IMG/VR virus record: IMGVR_UViG_3300032289_002421
Coordinates: 1 to 30,764 of that record
Strand: one strand, 5' to 3'
From: a virus
Lineage: Duplodnaviria > Caudoviricetes
DNA length: 30,764 nucleotides
The notes beneath the pieces are model-generated. The model was not told where the DNA came from. It was given only the letters and a program-made list of their open reading frames with translations, and did no database searches. The translations under genes and the position numbers were made by a program. Below, in pieces: positions 9,791 through 17,960 of this stretch; within the stretch, counting starts at the first letter, position 1, and the number at the start of each line of letters is the position of its first letter.

Positions 9791-9810
9791 AAGGCCTCCT
9801 GGCCTTTTTT
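9791..9810 (+). terminator. Intrinsic terminator-like hairpin
   Basis: AAGGCC-TCCT-GGCCTT followed by TTTT. Confidence 0.5.
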
Positions 9811-10678
9811 GCTGTGTTTTGCTTGGTTTTTTAAAAGTTGTGCTTATTTTAAAGGTATTTTCTCCTCAAGGTCAGCTCACAGTGTCAACCTTGGGCTTAT
9901 TCGATCATCTCCCAAGGTTCTTCTATTGTTCTTCTATAGTACTTATATAAAAAAATATTATTATTAAATAATAATAAAAAAATAAAAGAATACAACAGTT
10001 GAAAACTATAGTAGCCAAAAATTTTCAAAACCCGATCGCCAGATCCGTTATTATTAATTAATAATAGAATTTTAGAGAGATCGGCAGAAATTTTTTCTGC
10101 CATGTTATCATAAGTTGTTACCTTGCCCTATTCCTCCATCATCACCAAAGATATTTTTAAGCCAATACAGCAACTTTAATTTTTTTAAATCAAAACTACA
10201 GCCCCACTCCCAAAATCAAAGCGGGAGATAGTCGTAAACGATTCCTAAGATTGGTTCCGATGGCCACTCTATTATACTAATTGTATTTTGTACATTTAAA
10301 GTTGGCCAACTGGCCAATCATTGACACTCAAGGCAAAGTTTTCTATGTTTTTCAACATGTTACATATTTTGGTCTGATATCTTCGGAGTTATCACATGCC
10401 CCTCGTTCTCGTTTTACTCTTTGCTGCTCTCGTGTTTTCAATACTGCCTTTTTTTATGGCACCCACGTTTTCGATTGTTGTTTTTCTCACTTCATTTTTT
10501 TTAAGTGTGAGCTTTGTTCTCTTGATGTGCAAAAAAAAACCGGATGATAAAAACTATTAACCACTTGATTTCGATTGTGTTGTAATTTTTGGGTGTGTGT
10601 TTTATGGTGTGGGTGCTAAGCCGAGGGGTTTAGGTGTATTGTAGCTTAGTTATGGGTTCCCTATGAAAACCTTTTTAG

Positions 10679-11320
10679 TTATTTATATTTTGGATTAGGA
10701 AGAGGTTTGAAATTTTTAGTCTTAACAAATCTATCAACAGTTGCTCTGTTTACGCTAAACATTCTCCCGATGGCTGAATGACTGACCCGTAATTCGACAA
10801 GCTTCTTTATCTGATCCTCTTTATCATCAAGCACGCACTTACCCGTTGAGCCGGGAGGTCTACCCAATCGTTTTCCTCGCTTTTTAATAGCTGACAATGC
10901 TTCTTTTGTTCGATAGCTTACTAAGTCTCTTTCAATCTCTGCAAATAAACTAAACAACGTGATTAACATTTTAGATTGCATATCAAGTTGTTCTTTAATT
11001 ACAATGTTTTCTTTTAGTGAGATAAGATAAATTTTTCCTTTTATAAAGCTATTTATTAATTGTATTACTTCTGTTACAGAACGACCTAGGCGACTTAGTT
11101 CGCTAACTATAATCGTGTCGCCCTTTTCCAATTCTGTGAGCACATTTGTCTTACGTTCTTTTAATGACTTGCGCGACGAAGCATATACTTCTACGAATTT
11201 GTTTATTATCAAATTGTGCTTATGTGCATAATCATAAATCGCAACTCTTTGATTGTTACAGTCCTGTGCTTCTGTCGAAACTCGAACGTATGCGCAAATG
11301 TTACCCAAAAACCCCTCCAA
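10679..11320 (-). CDS. Small serine recombinase (resolvase/invertase family)
   Basis: 213 aa with catalytic AYVRVST, GDTIIVSELSRLGRS, AEIERDLVSYRTKEAL, a LGRP hinge and a C-terminal HTH (SHSAIGRMFSVNRATV). Confidence 0.95.
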   Translation of the reverse strand: MEGFLGNICAYVRVSTEAQDCNNQRVAIYDYAHKHNLIINKFVEVYASSRKSLKERKTNVLTELEKGDTIIVSELSRLGRSVTEVIQLINSFIKGKIYLISLKENIVIKEQLDMQSKMLITLFSLFAEIERDLVSYRTKEALSAIKKRGKRLGRPPGSTGKCVLDDKEDQIKKLVELRVSHSAIGRMFSVNRATVDRFVKTKNFKPLPNPKYK

Positions 11321-11520
11321 TTTTTGAAAATGTACAAAACCAAATTATTTGTTACACTACTCTATACAAATTAACAAACATTATTTGTCGCAACAGTTGG
11401 GTAGCCTATACGTTCGTTTAAAAGTCGCAGTTGACTGACTGGCCAAACTCTAAATGTGTAAAAACACTTAATGATAATGATTCTCAATATCATAGATTAA
11501 TTGTCTATCGTACATTTAAA
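11321..11520. promoter_or_regulatory. Putative res-type recombination site region
   Basis: Immediately upstream of the recombinase gene, the usual position of res sites. Contains copies of a TTTTGTACATTT-like motif at 11328-11339 and near 11452-11464 (minus strand) and near 11506-11517 (plus strand). Confidence 0.5.
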
Positions 11521-11640
11521 CGAGAAGATGAAAAAACTACTAAAGCTTAAATATATGATTTTATTGATTATTTTAGGAAAAAGATGAAAAAAAGATGACT
11601 CCAAAAACACAAAAAATTGATCCAAATCAATTCATTCTCT

Positions 11641-11763
11641 CAAAACCATTCATAAACATACAAAACTTTTTCAAACGCTCTCAAAACCCTCTATAAACAA
11701 GGAAAACTTTTTCAAACTACCCCAAAACCATTGGTAAACAAGCAAAACTTTCTAAAGCACAAA
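11641..11763 (+). repeat. Three tandem imperfect 41-bp repeats with phased A-tracts
   Basis: 11641 CAAAACCATTCATAAACATACAAAACTTTTTCAAACGCTCT; 11682 CAAAACCCTCTATAAACAAGGAAAACTTTTTCAAACTACCC; 11723 CAAAACCATTGGTAAACAAGCAAAACTTTCTAAAGCACAAA. Confidence 0.85.
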
Positions 11764-11905
11764 CAAATATCAACAAACGCACTAACAAACGCCAGCCAAT
11801 GTAGTAAATAACAGCCAAAAACTTTTTCGGCAACTTTCGTATGCAGAACTGCACTAGTACATAGATAGAATAGACAAAGCTCAATAAATGTAATAAGTAC
11901 ACTAA

Positions 11906-12730
11906 ATGGAATTAAACAAAGTTTACTGTGCTGACAATTTACAAGTAATGCAATCAATGACAGACGCAAGCATTGATTTGATTTACATAGACCCACCTTT
12001 TAATACTAATAGAATTCAAAAAACCGCAACAGCGCAATTTTCAGATTCTTTCGGTGGTCTTGAAGAATACTTGAATTTCATGAGGCCACGGTTGCAGCAG
12101 ATGCATAGACTATTAAAAGAAACGGGTAGTCTGTTTGTTCACGTCGACTATCGAGTTGTGCATTACTTAAAAATTGAGCTTGATAAAATCTTTGGCAGTC
12201 CCAAAAACTTTATCAATGAAATAATTTGGCATTACGTGATAGCTGGCGGTAGAAATTCAAAAAGTTTTAAAAAAAGACACGATACAATTTTATGGTATGC
12301 AAAAGATATCAATAAATATTATTTTTTTGATAATCAAATACGACAGCCTTTTACACCTGATAACAAACTTACAAATAAATTTCATGGTACAAAACGTGAT
12401 GAAACTGGTAGAGAGTACGTCGAAAAATGGGGAACATGTACCAAAAAAAAATACAGATACTATCTCGACAATGGAAAAATGCCTGAAGATGTGTGGTTAG
12501 ACATCAAACCGCTTAACTCTGCTTCAAAAGAACGCGTTAATTATCCAAACCAAAAACCTCAAAAATTACTTGAACGTATTATTAAAGCCGCAAGCAAACC
12601 TGATGATATTATAGCAGATTTTTTCTGTGGCTCAGGCACGACTTGCAAGGCAGCAAAATCATTAAATAGAAAATATTTGGGAATTGATAGCAACCCGCAA
12701 GCTATTGACTCATTTCAAAAATTTTGCTAA
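11906..12730 (+). CDS. Orphan DNA methyltransferase, N6-adenine/N4-cytosine, beta class
   Basis: 274 aa. Catalytic IDLIYIDPPF precedes the SAM-binding DFFCGSGTT; also YPNQKPQKLLERII. Confidence 0.93.
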   Translation: MELNKVYCADNLQVMQSMTDASIDLIYIDPPFNTNRIQKTATAQFSDSFGGLEEYLNFMRPRLQQMHRLLKETGSLFVHVDYRVVHYLKIELDKIFGSPKNFINEIIWHYVIAGGRNSKSFKKRHDTILWYAKDINKYYFFDNQIRQPFTPDNKLTNKFHGTKRDETGREYVEKWGTCTKKKYRYYLDNGKMPEDVWLDIKPLNSASKERVNYPNQKPQKLLERIIKAASKPDDIIADFFCGSGTTCKAAKSLNRKYLGIDSNPQAIDSFQKFC

Positions 12731-12762
12731 GTTGTTCATATCCTGTAAAAAAAAGTTTGTTT

Positions 12763-12796
12763 CCGCTGGGTTTCCTGTTCCCCCGGCGGTTTTTTT
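12763..12796 (+). terminator. Intrinsic terminator after the methyltransferase
   Basis: CCGCTGGG...CCCGGCGG stem followed by T7. Confidence 0.75.
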
Positions 12797-12830
12797 ATAT
12801 ATATACTGCACAAATTTAAAGCATATTCTC

Positions 12831-12859
12831 TTGACTTAACTATTAAGCTATAGTATAAT
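12831..12859 (+). promoter_or_regulatory. Near-consensus sigma70 promoter
   Basis: TTGACT-17 bp-TATAAT, followed by an AGGAGG SD and the ATG at 12891. Confidence 0.85.
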
Positions 12860-12890
12860 ATAAATAGCCCAAAGAACAGGAGGGTGTGTT

Positions 12891-13247
12891 ATGTCAGAGT
12901 TTTATATTAAAAAGCGCACAGCGCTGACGCAAGTATCTGTCAGTCACTTGCTCAACTATTTGAAAGGATTTCATGATTTTACGCTCTATAAAGATGAGCT
13001 TAAAAGTAATAGCAATAAAGTAGATTATTGCAAAGTGTTAGAAGCTGTAATCGGATGTATGTATGCTGAAAATGCAGTCGGCGAAAGAAAAAGAAACAAG
13101 CTTTTAGTGCAAGAAAGCACGTATACTTACGCTTATTACACGAATAAGTTTAACAAGAACTATAAAGCTCACAAAAAGCTTGCAAAAACTCTCGCAAAAG
13201 AAATGACAACACAACTTGACTTAGAGTTTGCAGAAGAAACTAAGTAA
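12891..13247 (+). CDS. Hypothetical protein (own promoter and terminator)
   Basis: 118 aa ORF with a strong SD. No family recognised. Confidence 0.8.
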   Translation: MSEFYIKKRTALTQVSVSHLLNYLKGFHDFTLYKDELKSNSNKVDYCKVLEAVIGCMYAENAVGERKRNKLLVQESTYTYAYYTNKFNKNYKAHKKLAKTLAKEMTTQLDLEFAEETK

Positions 13248-13251
13248 AGTT

Positions 13252-13284
13252 AAGAGCGCTCAAGGGAAACCTTGGGTTCTTTTA
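13252..13284 (+). terminator. Intrinsic terminator
   Basis: GCTCAAGG-GAAA-CCTTGGGT stem with GNRA loop, followed by a T-rich tract. Confidence 0.7.
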
Positions 13285-13308
13285 ATTCTAATTTTTACAC
13301 TATAAAAC

Positions 13309-14013
13309 ATGAGATTTGACAGCATGAAACAGGTTAAATTAAACAATAAAAAAAGAACACAAACTTTAGTAAATCAAATTTGGCCTGATTTAAATTATCG
13401 CCTTAATTTATACAAATTATATGGTTCAAATTGTTTAGAACATACCAGCAGTTTAATTTTAGATTTAGCAAATAACACCTGTTTTTTAATTGATGACTTT
13501 GAAGAAGAAGACTCAATCCCTTATAGATCACAATTAGATAAATATTTAACTATAAAACTTCACCTATATAATATAAATGACAATCAACAATTTATGGATT
13601 GTCAATATAAAACAAATTTGAGTCTAATTTGTGCCGAGGGTGACTACTTTAAAGTTGATTTAACAAAATTTAAATATATTCCAAAAATTAACCGTTGGTT
13701 TTCTGATAGCTTTATTGCTGAAGTTGATAAAGCACTTTTTAATAGACTTAAAAATTATTATCAAAACTATCCCGATTTATTTAATCTATTGTATCAAGAA
13801 GTGATTAATACACACAATCAACAGGAATTGGAAAATTTACTTCTATTTAAAATACCGAAAAAAATTTGTGCTGAAATAGATTTTCAGACAGATTTTAAAG
13901 TTCGTAAATTTTTAAGTCGTATCAATTGGCTTGAAAACAACCTATACAAACCTGACATTATCAAACGTTTACACTCACAAATTCTTGCACTCTATAAACA
14001 ACAGGAGATTTAA
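13309..14013 (+). CDS. Hypothetical protein
   Basis: 234 aa ORF, very AT-rich. No recognisable motif. Confidence 0.7.
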   Translation: MRFDSMKQVKLNNKKRTQTLVNQIWPDLNYRLNLYKLYGSNCLEHTSSLILDLANNTCFLIDDFEEEDSIPYRSQLDKYLTIKLHLYNINDNQQFMDCQYKTNLSLICAEGDYFKVDLTKFKYIPKINRWFSDSFIAEVDKALFNRLKNYYQNYPDLFNLLYQEVINTHNQQELENLLLFKIPKKICAEIDFQTDFKVRKFLSRINWLENNLYKPDIIKRLHSQILALYKQQEI

Positions 14014-14016
14014 AAA

Positions 14017-14532
14017 ATGACAACAAGTTATATTGAAAACGACGGGCTTAAAATTTGTGCAAAATTTCTAAACAAATTTATAGCGTCAGATCCTTTAATA
14101 GATATGAGTTTTGATTTAGAAAGTGGTCTAGCAGCAAAAGAATTTTATGAAAAATTTAAAAATGATTTAAAATTTTTAAGCTGTATTTATGATAAAGAAA
14201 AATTAATCAATTTTAACAATTTAGCGTTATTTATTGCATTAAACTCTCACAGTAGCTTTCTCTGTGACGACGAAAAGACTTTACATATTAAAATTGCCAA
14301 AATTTGTTTGCCAAAATTTGAAGCTCTCATTAAAGAGAATCTCGACAATTTAGACAATCAAACAAGCATTGATGAGATATTTGAAACTCATTTTGCACAT
14401 TTAGTAGCCCCAAAAAATCCTAAGGGTGGCAAATGGGATCTTCCTCGTATCGTGACACTTGCCGAAATAAAACCTTTTTTCGTTGATCCTAATAATATCG
14501 ACGAATTGTTTAAAGCGCACAAATTGGATTAA
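14017..14532 (+). CDS. Hypothetical protein (paralog of the downstream ORF)
   Basis: 171 aa with AGGAG SD. Shares EFY..F..D..FLS.IYD.E.LINF.NL with 14483..14890. Confidence 0.75.
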   Translation: MTTSYIENDGLKICAKFLNKFIASDPLIDMSFDLESGLAAKEFYEKFKNDLKFLSCIYDKEKLINFNNLALFIALNSHSSFLCDDEKTLHIKIAKICLPKFEALIKENLDNLDNQTSIDEIFETHFAHLVAPKNPKGGKWDLPRIVTLAEIKPFFVDPNNIDELFKAHKLD

Positions 14533-14890
14533 TCAGTGTAATTTTGATTATAAAGATAGTAAATTTGATGAAAAAATTTTTGATTTAGCAAACGAATTTT
14601 ATGATGGGTTTATAAGTGATCCAACATTTTTAAGTTTTATTTATGATGAAGAAAACTTAATCAATTTTAAAAATTTAGTTTTTATGATCGGTGAATTTTT
14701 TGAATTAAGTTACGACCTAAAAATAAAATTAGCGCCACAAGTTGCAAAAATAGTTCATCCAAAATTTCTAGTTTCCATAAAAAAAGGTAGTGGAGATTTT
14801 AAGAACCATAAAAAATTAACTTATAAAGAAATATTTGATTTGTATTTTGGTTTTGAAAGAATGAAAAGCTACTACTTCCTCGATAACTAA
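14483..14890 (+). CDS. Hypothetical protein, tandem paralog with uncertain start (possible pseudogene or frameshift extension)
   Basis: Clear homology to 14017..14532, but the only start upstream of the homologous block is a TTG inside the previous gene. Confidence 0.55.
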   Translation: MILIISTNCLKRTNWINQCNFDYKDSKFDEKIFDLANEFYDGFISDPTFLSFIYDEENLINFKNLVFMIGEFFELSYDLKIKLAPQVAKIVHPKFLVSIKKGSGDFKNHKKLTYKEIFDLYFGFERMKSYYFLDN

Positions 14891-14946
14891 CAAAAAAGGC
14901 AAAAAATGATAATAACACAATCCTTTATAATCAAAAAAGGCCAAAA

Positions 14947-15612
14947 ATGACGATAAAGACTAACGAAGCCCATGCGACACCCGCATTTTCAATGATTGCG
15001 GCTTCTTTGATTGCTGATTTTAATATGCAATACTTTAATGTTGAAAAGAAAACAGAAATCGCTAAAATATTTCACAACTTAAAAGAGCATAGCTTCTTTG
15101 CTGTGGATTGTTTTGAACATTCACATTTAGAACGAATCGAAAACCAACCGACAAATTATCAGCTTGTCGGTTCTTTTTTTGCTCATCCAAATTCGAGCTT
15201 TAAAAGTGAAAATGTGGACGCCGAATTTTTGATGATGTTAGCATCTGAAACCTCGACAATGCTAAAAAAATATATCAAAAAATTTAATGTTGACTTGAAT
15301 TTAACGACCTATGTTGAAAAAGAAAATCTAGGATATTATCAAGCAGATTTGCAAATCATGCTGCAATTATTTAAAGAAGAAATTGATAATATTGAAACCA
15401 GAGTTTTTAAACATTTTAATTATCTTCTTTCTAAAAAAGATTTACAAAATGATATAAAAACATTTATTATTTTTAAAGAACTCGACAATCACATTACAAA
15501 TTTTTATCTCAAATTTTTTTGCTTTCGAATGCGGTCAATGCTTTCAAATGATTCTGCTATTAAAGTTGAATTTGCAAATGCAATCCAAAATTACATAATA
15601 GGGAAATTATGA
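14947..15612 (+). CDS. Hypothetical protein
   Basis: 221 aa ORF with AAGG SD. Its stop overlaps the next start. Confidence 0.7.
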   Translation: MTIKTNEAHATPAFSMIAASLIADFNMQYFNVEKKTEIAKIFHNLKEHSFFAVDCFEHSHLERIENQPTNYQLVGSFFAHPNSSFKSENVDAEFLMMLASETSTMLKKYIKKFNVDLNLTTYVEKENLGYYQADLQIMLQLFKEEIDNIETRVFKHFNYLLSKKDLQNDIKTFIIFKELDNHITNFYLKFFCFRMRSMLSNDSAIKVEFANAIQNYIIGKL

Positions 15613-15887
15613 GCAATAATAAAGGCAGACCACCAGCACGCTGGGTTGACCAGTTAGCTGACGGGGAATATACAGTGCAAGATTTGATTGAGCTGACTGG
15701 TAAATCAGCACTTGCGACGCGTTGGATTATGCGTAAATACGCAAAAAGCGCACGCTATGTTTTAAATCCGAATGCTAAGGGTATTATTGTTTATTATCTT
15801 TGGAATAGAGAGCATTACATCGATAAGCTAAAGAGTGCCGCGCAAGCTCGTAAGCTGCTAATCGACGCAACCCGCGGCACAAAATAA
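15609..15887 (+). CDS. Small putative HTH DNA-binding protein
   Basis: 92 aa, basic, with KGRPP and YTVQDLIELTGKSALATRWIM (winged-HTH-like pattern). Confidence 0.5.
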   Translation: MSNNKGRPPARWVDQLADGEYTVQDLIELTGKSALATRWIMRKYAKSARYVLNPNAKGIIVYYLWNREHYIDKLKSAAQARKLLIDATRGTK

Positions 15888-15904
15888 AATTAGCACAAAT
15901 AATT

Positions 15905-16546
15905 TTACGCATCAAATTTTAAACTTTCTAAAAAAAGTTCAGCATTATAAATTTCTTTGATATAAATCAATTGTTCTTCTTGACACTTTTTATAATAAGA
16001 ACACCACGTCAAATCGATATCAATTGGAAAATGCCCTAGAGTTTCAAACCACTCTTTACTTGCTTTGGTTTTGTTAGCATTTTTTCTAACAGTATCAGGG
16101 CAGCTCAACGCTGTTAGTGCTTCGTTTCTGTGAATCTGCCATTGGACTGCACAAATAAAATGCAGAAAAAAATCATAATGTTTTTTTATGTAGTCTTTAG
16201 AAATTTTGACAGCCAAATTTTCTTCAATAAATTGAAACGTCGCATCGATGATTCTAGAGCGACAGGCGAGGATATTATTGTAATCAATATCAATCGCCCA
16301 TAATGTGTCTAACGTTGCTGTAATGGCTTCAAAAATGCCTAAATTTTTTAATGCTTCAAGCCTACGTTTGTACATTGCAACAACAAAGTTGCCAGTTCCA
16401 CACGTTGGCTCAAACAGACACACTTCTAAATCAGCCCATACTTTTGGATTATTCTGACTCATCAAATCAAGCATCTCTTCGACAACATGCTCGGGCGTAA
16501 AGACTTCGCCAAATTCTTTTATTCGCTCTTTACTTTTACTTAGCAT
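15905..16546 (-). CDS. N6-adenine methyltransferase-like protein (SAM-binding half; no NPPY)
   Basis: 213 aa with GEVFTPEHVV (motif X), FEPTCGTGNF (motif I) and AIDID (motif II). No (N/D/S)PP(Y/F) motif present. Confidence 0.75.
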   Translation of the reverse strand: MLSKSKERIKEFGEVFTPEHVVEEMLDLMSQNNPKVWADLEVCLFEPTCGTGNFVVAMYKRRLEALKNLGIFEAITATLDTLWAIDIDYNNILACRSRIIDATFQFIEENLAVKISKDYIKKHYDFFLHFICAVQWQIHRNEALTALSCPDTVRKNANKTKASKEWFETLGHFPIDIDLTWCSYYKKCQEEQLIYIKEIYNAELFLESLKFDA

Positions 16547-16871
16547 TAAATAACTCTTGTTGTTTTTCTTTATTATTTAAAATAACTTTCCGCACTCGGA
16601 TATTGATTAAAAATTCATCAGAATCTTTATGCACTAAGTTTACGTGTGCGTGTGCAATATCTCTGACGACTTTCACGAGTCCAGATTTTTTATAAACCTT
16701 ACCAAAAACGCCGAGGTCATAATAAAATTTACCGCGTTTTAAAGAAATATTTTTATGTTCCGGGTATCTTTTTGGGATATTTTCCAATTCTTTTTTAGCA
16801 CTCGCATAGTCATCAAACACTTCTAAAACATAAATAACTCGACTTTTTGTCCCAACGTAACAGTATATCAT
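16536..16871 (-). CDS. Hypothetical protein
   Basis: Track ORF 16536..16946. The likely start is the ATG at 16871 (MIYCYVG), preceded by AGGAG. Confidence 0.65.
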   Translation of the reverse strand: MIYCYVGTKSRVIYVLEVFDDYASAKKELENIPKRYPEHKNISLKRGKFYYDLGVFGKVYKKSGLVKVVRDIAHAHVNLVHKDSDEFLINIRVRKVILNNKEKQQELFNAK

Positions 16872-17140
16872 AACACTCCTAAAAATTTGATTCAGAAAAA
16901 AAATTAAGCTAAACTTACTAAGAGATAGCTGCCTGCCAAAATTCAATCATCAAAATCCTACCTTATTATTTGACTTAACTTAATATGCCCACCAAAAAAT
17001 TACAGCTATCTTATCCAATTCATCACCTTGACAAAAATGCTCAAGTCAATTACTTAACAATTATCCTTCCTTGTTCAATATCTCTCTAGACTCACAGATT
17101 TCATCGCTCTGTGAGTTTTGTTATTTTAATTGGAGGTATA

Positions 17141-17446
17141 ATGCGGACTTTTCTGTACGTGAAAGAAACACATGAAATAATTAGCAAGCACTGTTCAATT
17201 AAAGCAGCACAACGTCAACAGTCAATTATGCCAATTGATGGCAATAAATATGAAATTATCCCTATATCAGAACTCCCAGTTTCTGTTGTTTATGTTCTTG
17301 CATATTCAATTGACCCGATGGAAAAAGAAGATATTTTCGCTGTGTTTTATCATTATCAAGAAGCGCATGAAGCAACGACAAAAAACGTAAAAGACCCACG
17401 ATATTTTTTACTAACACCAAGAATTTATTTTAAAACGATTTACTGA
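17141..17446 (+). CDS. Hypothetical protein
   Basis: Likely start is the ATG at 17141 with GGAGG SD. First gene of a rightward operon. Confidence 0.7.
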   Translation: MRTFLYVKETHEIISKHCSIKAAQRQQSIMPIDGNKYEIIPISELPVSVVYVLAYSIDPMEKEDIFAVFYHYQEAHEATTKNVKDPRYFLLTPRIYFKTIY

Positions 17447-17456
17447 TGGAGTTTAA

Positions 17457-17960
17457 ATGCTAGAAAATTCTGAATTACCCCTACTTGTCAAAATATTTAA
17501 AGAGAAATTTAACACTGAAGTAGCAAAAACTATTTTAAATTATTATATGAGCGTTGCGTTAATTCCACAGGATGAAGTCATATTAAAAGCAAAAAATGAA
17601 AAAGATAAAGAGTTTTTAGAAATTACTATTGTAGAAGACTCTGATTTTAAAAAGTACTTTAGAACTTCAAAACATATCATGATGGTTATTGAATCAATAC
17701 AAAATTTAATTAGTACAGTGAATATATCAGATTTTAATTTAAAAAAAGAAAGTGACAAAGCGCCTGAAGAATTTATACAAATAAAACTAATTTTATTGAT
17801 TAGTTTATTATTAAAAGAACTACGCGGTCACACAGATAATCAAGAATTAAAAGATGTTATGCAATTAATTACAAATGCACTACTCGTTTCAACGGATGAC
17901 TTTCTAAAACAGAATTATGACACAAAGTATCAAAACTGGGAGACAAATGACAAAATATAG
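17457..17960 (+). CDS. Hypothetical protein
   Basis: 167 aa, GGAG SD, helical composition. Confidence 0.7.
   Translation: MLENSELPLLVKIFKEKFNTEVAKTILNYYMSVALIPQDEVILKAKNEKDKEFLEITIVEDSDFKKYFRTSKHIMMVIESIQNLISTVNISDFNLKKESDKAPEEFIQIKLILLISLLLKELRGHTDNQELKDVMQLITNALLVSTDDFLKQNYDTKYQNWETNDKI

Noticed and set aside
10049-10066. Palindrome as a protelomerase (telRL) site of a linear phage-plasmid
   Set aside because: It is short and purely A/T, and no protelomerase gene is in the window. It cannot be supported from this sequence.
10679-11320. Recombinase as the phage integrase or an IS607 transposase
   Set aside because: At 213 aa with a C-terminal HTH it lacks the large serine integrase domains. 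It also has no N-terminal HTH and no adjacent tnpB.
9545-11996. Short ORFs 9545..9742, 9897..10103, 10281..10547, 11146..11421, 11712..11996 and 11717..11902
   Set aside because: These are low-complexity translations of repeat-rich or strand-skewed DNA without convincing SD sequences or motifs.
11906-16546. Complete restriction-modification system
   Set aside because: No restriction endonuclease or specificity subunit is recognisable near either methyltransferase-type gene.
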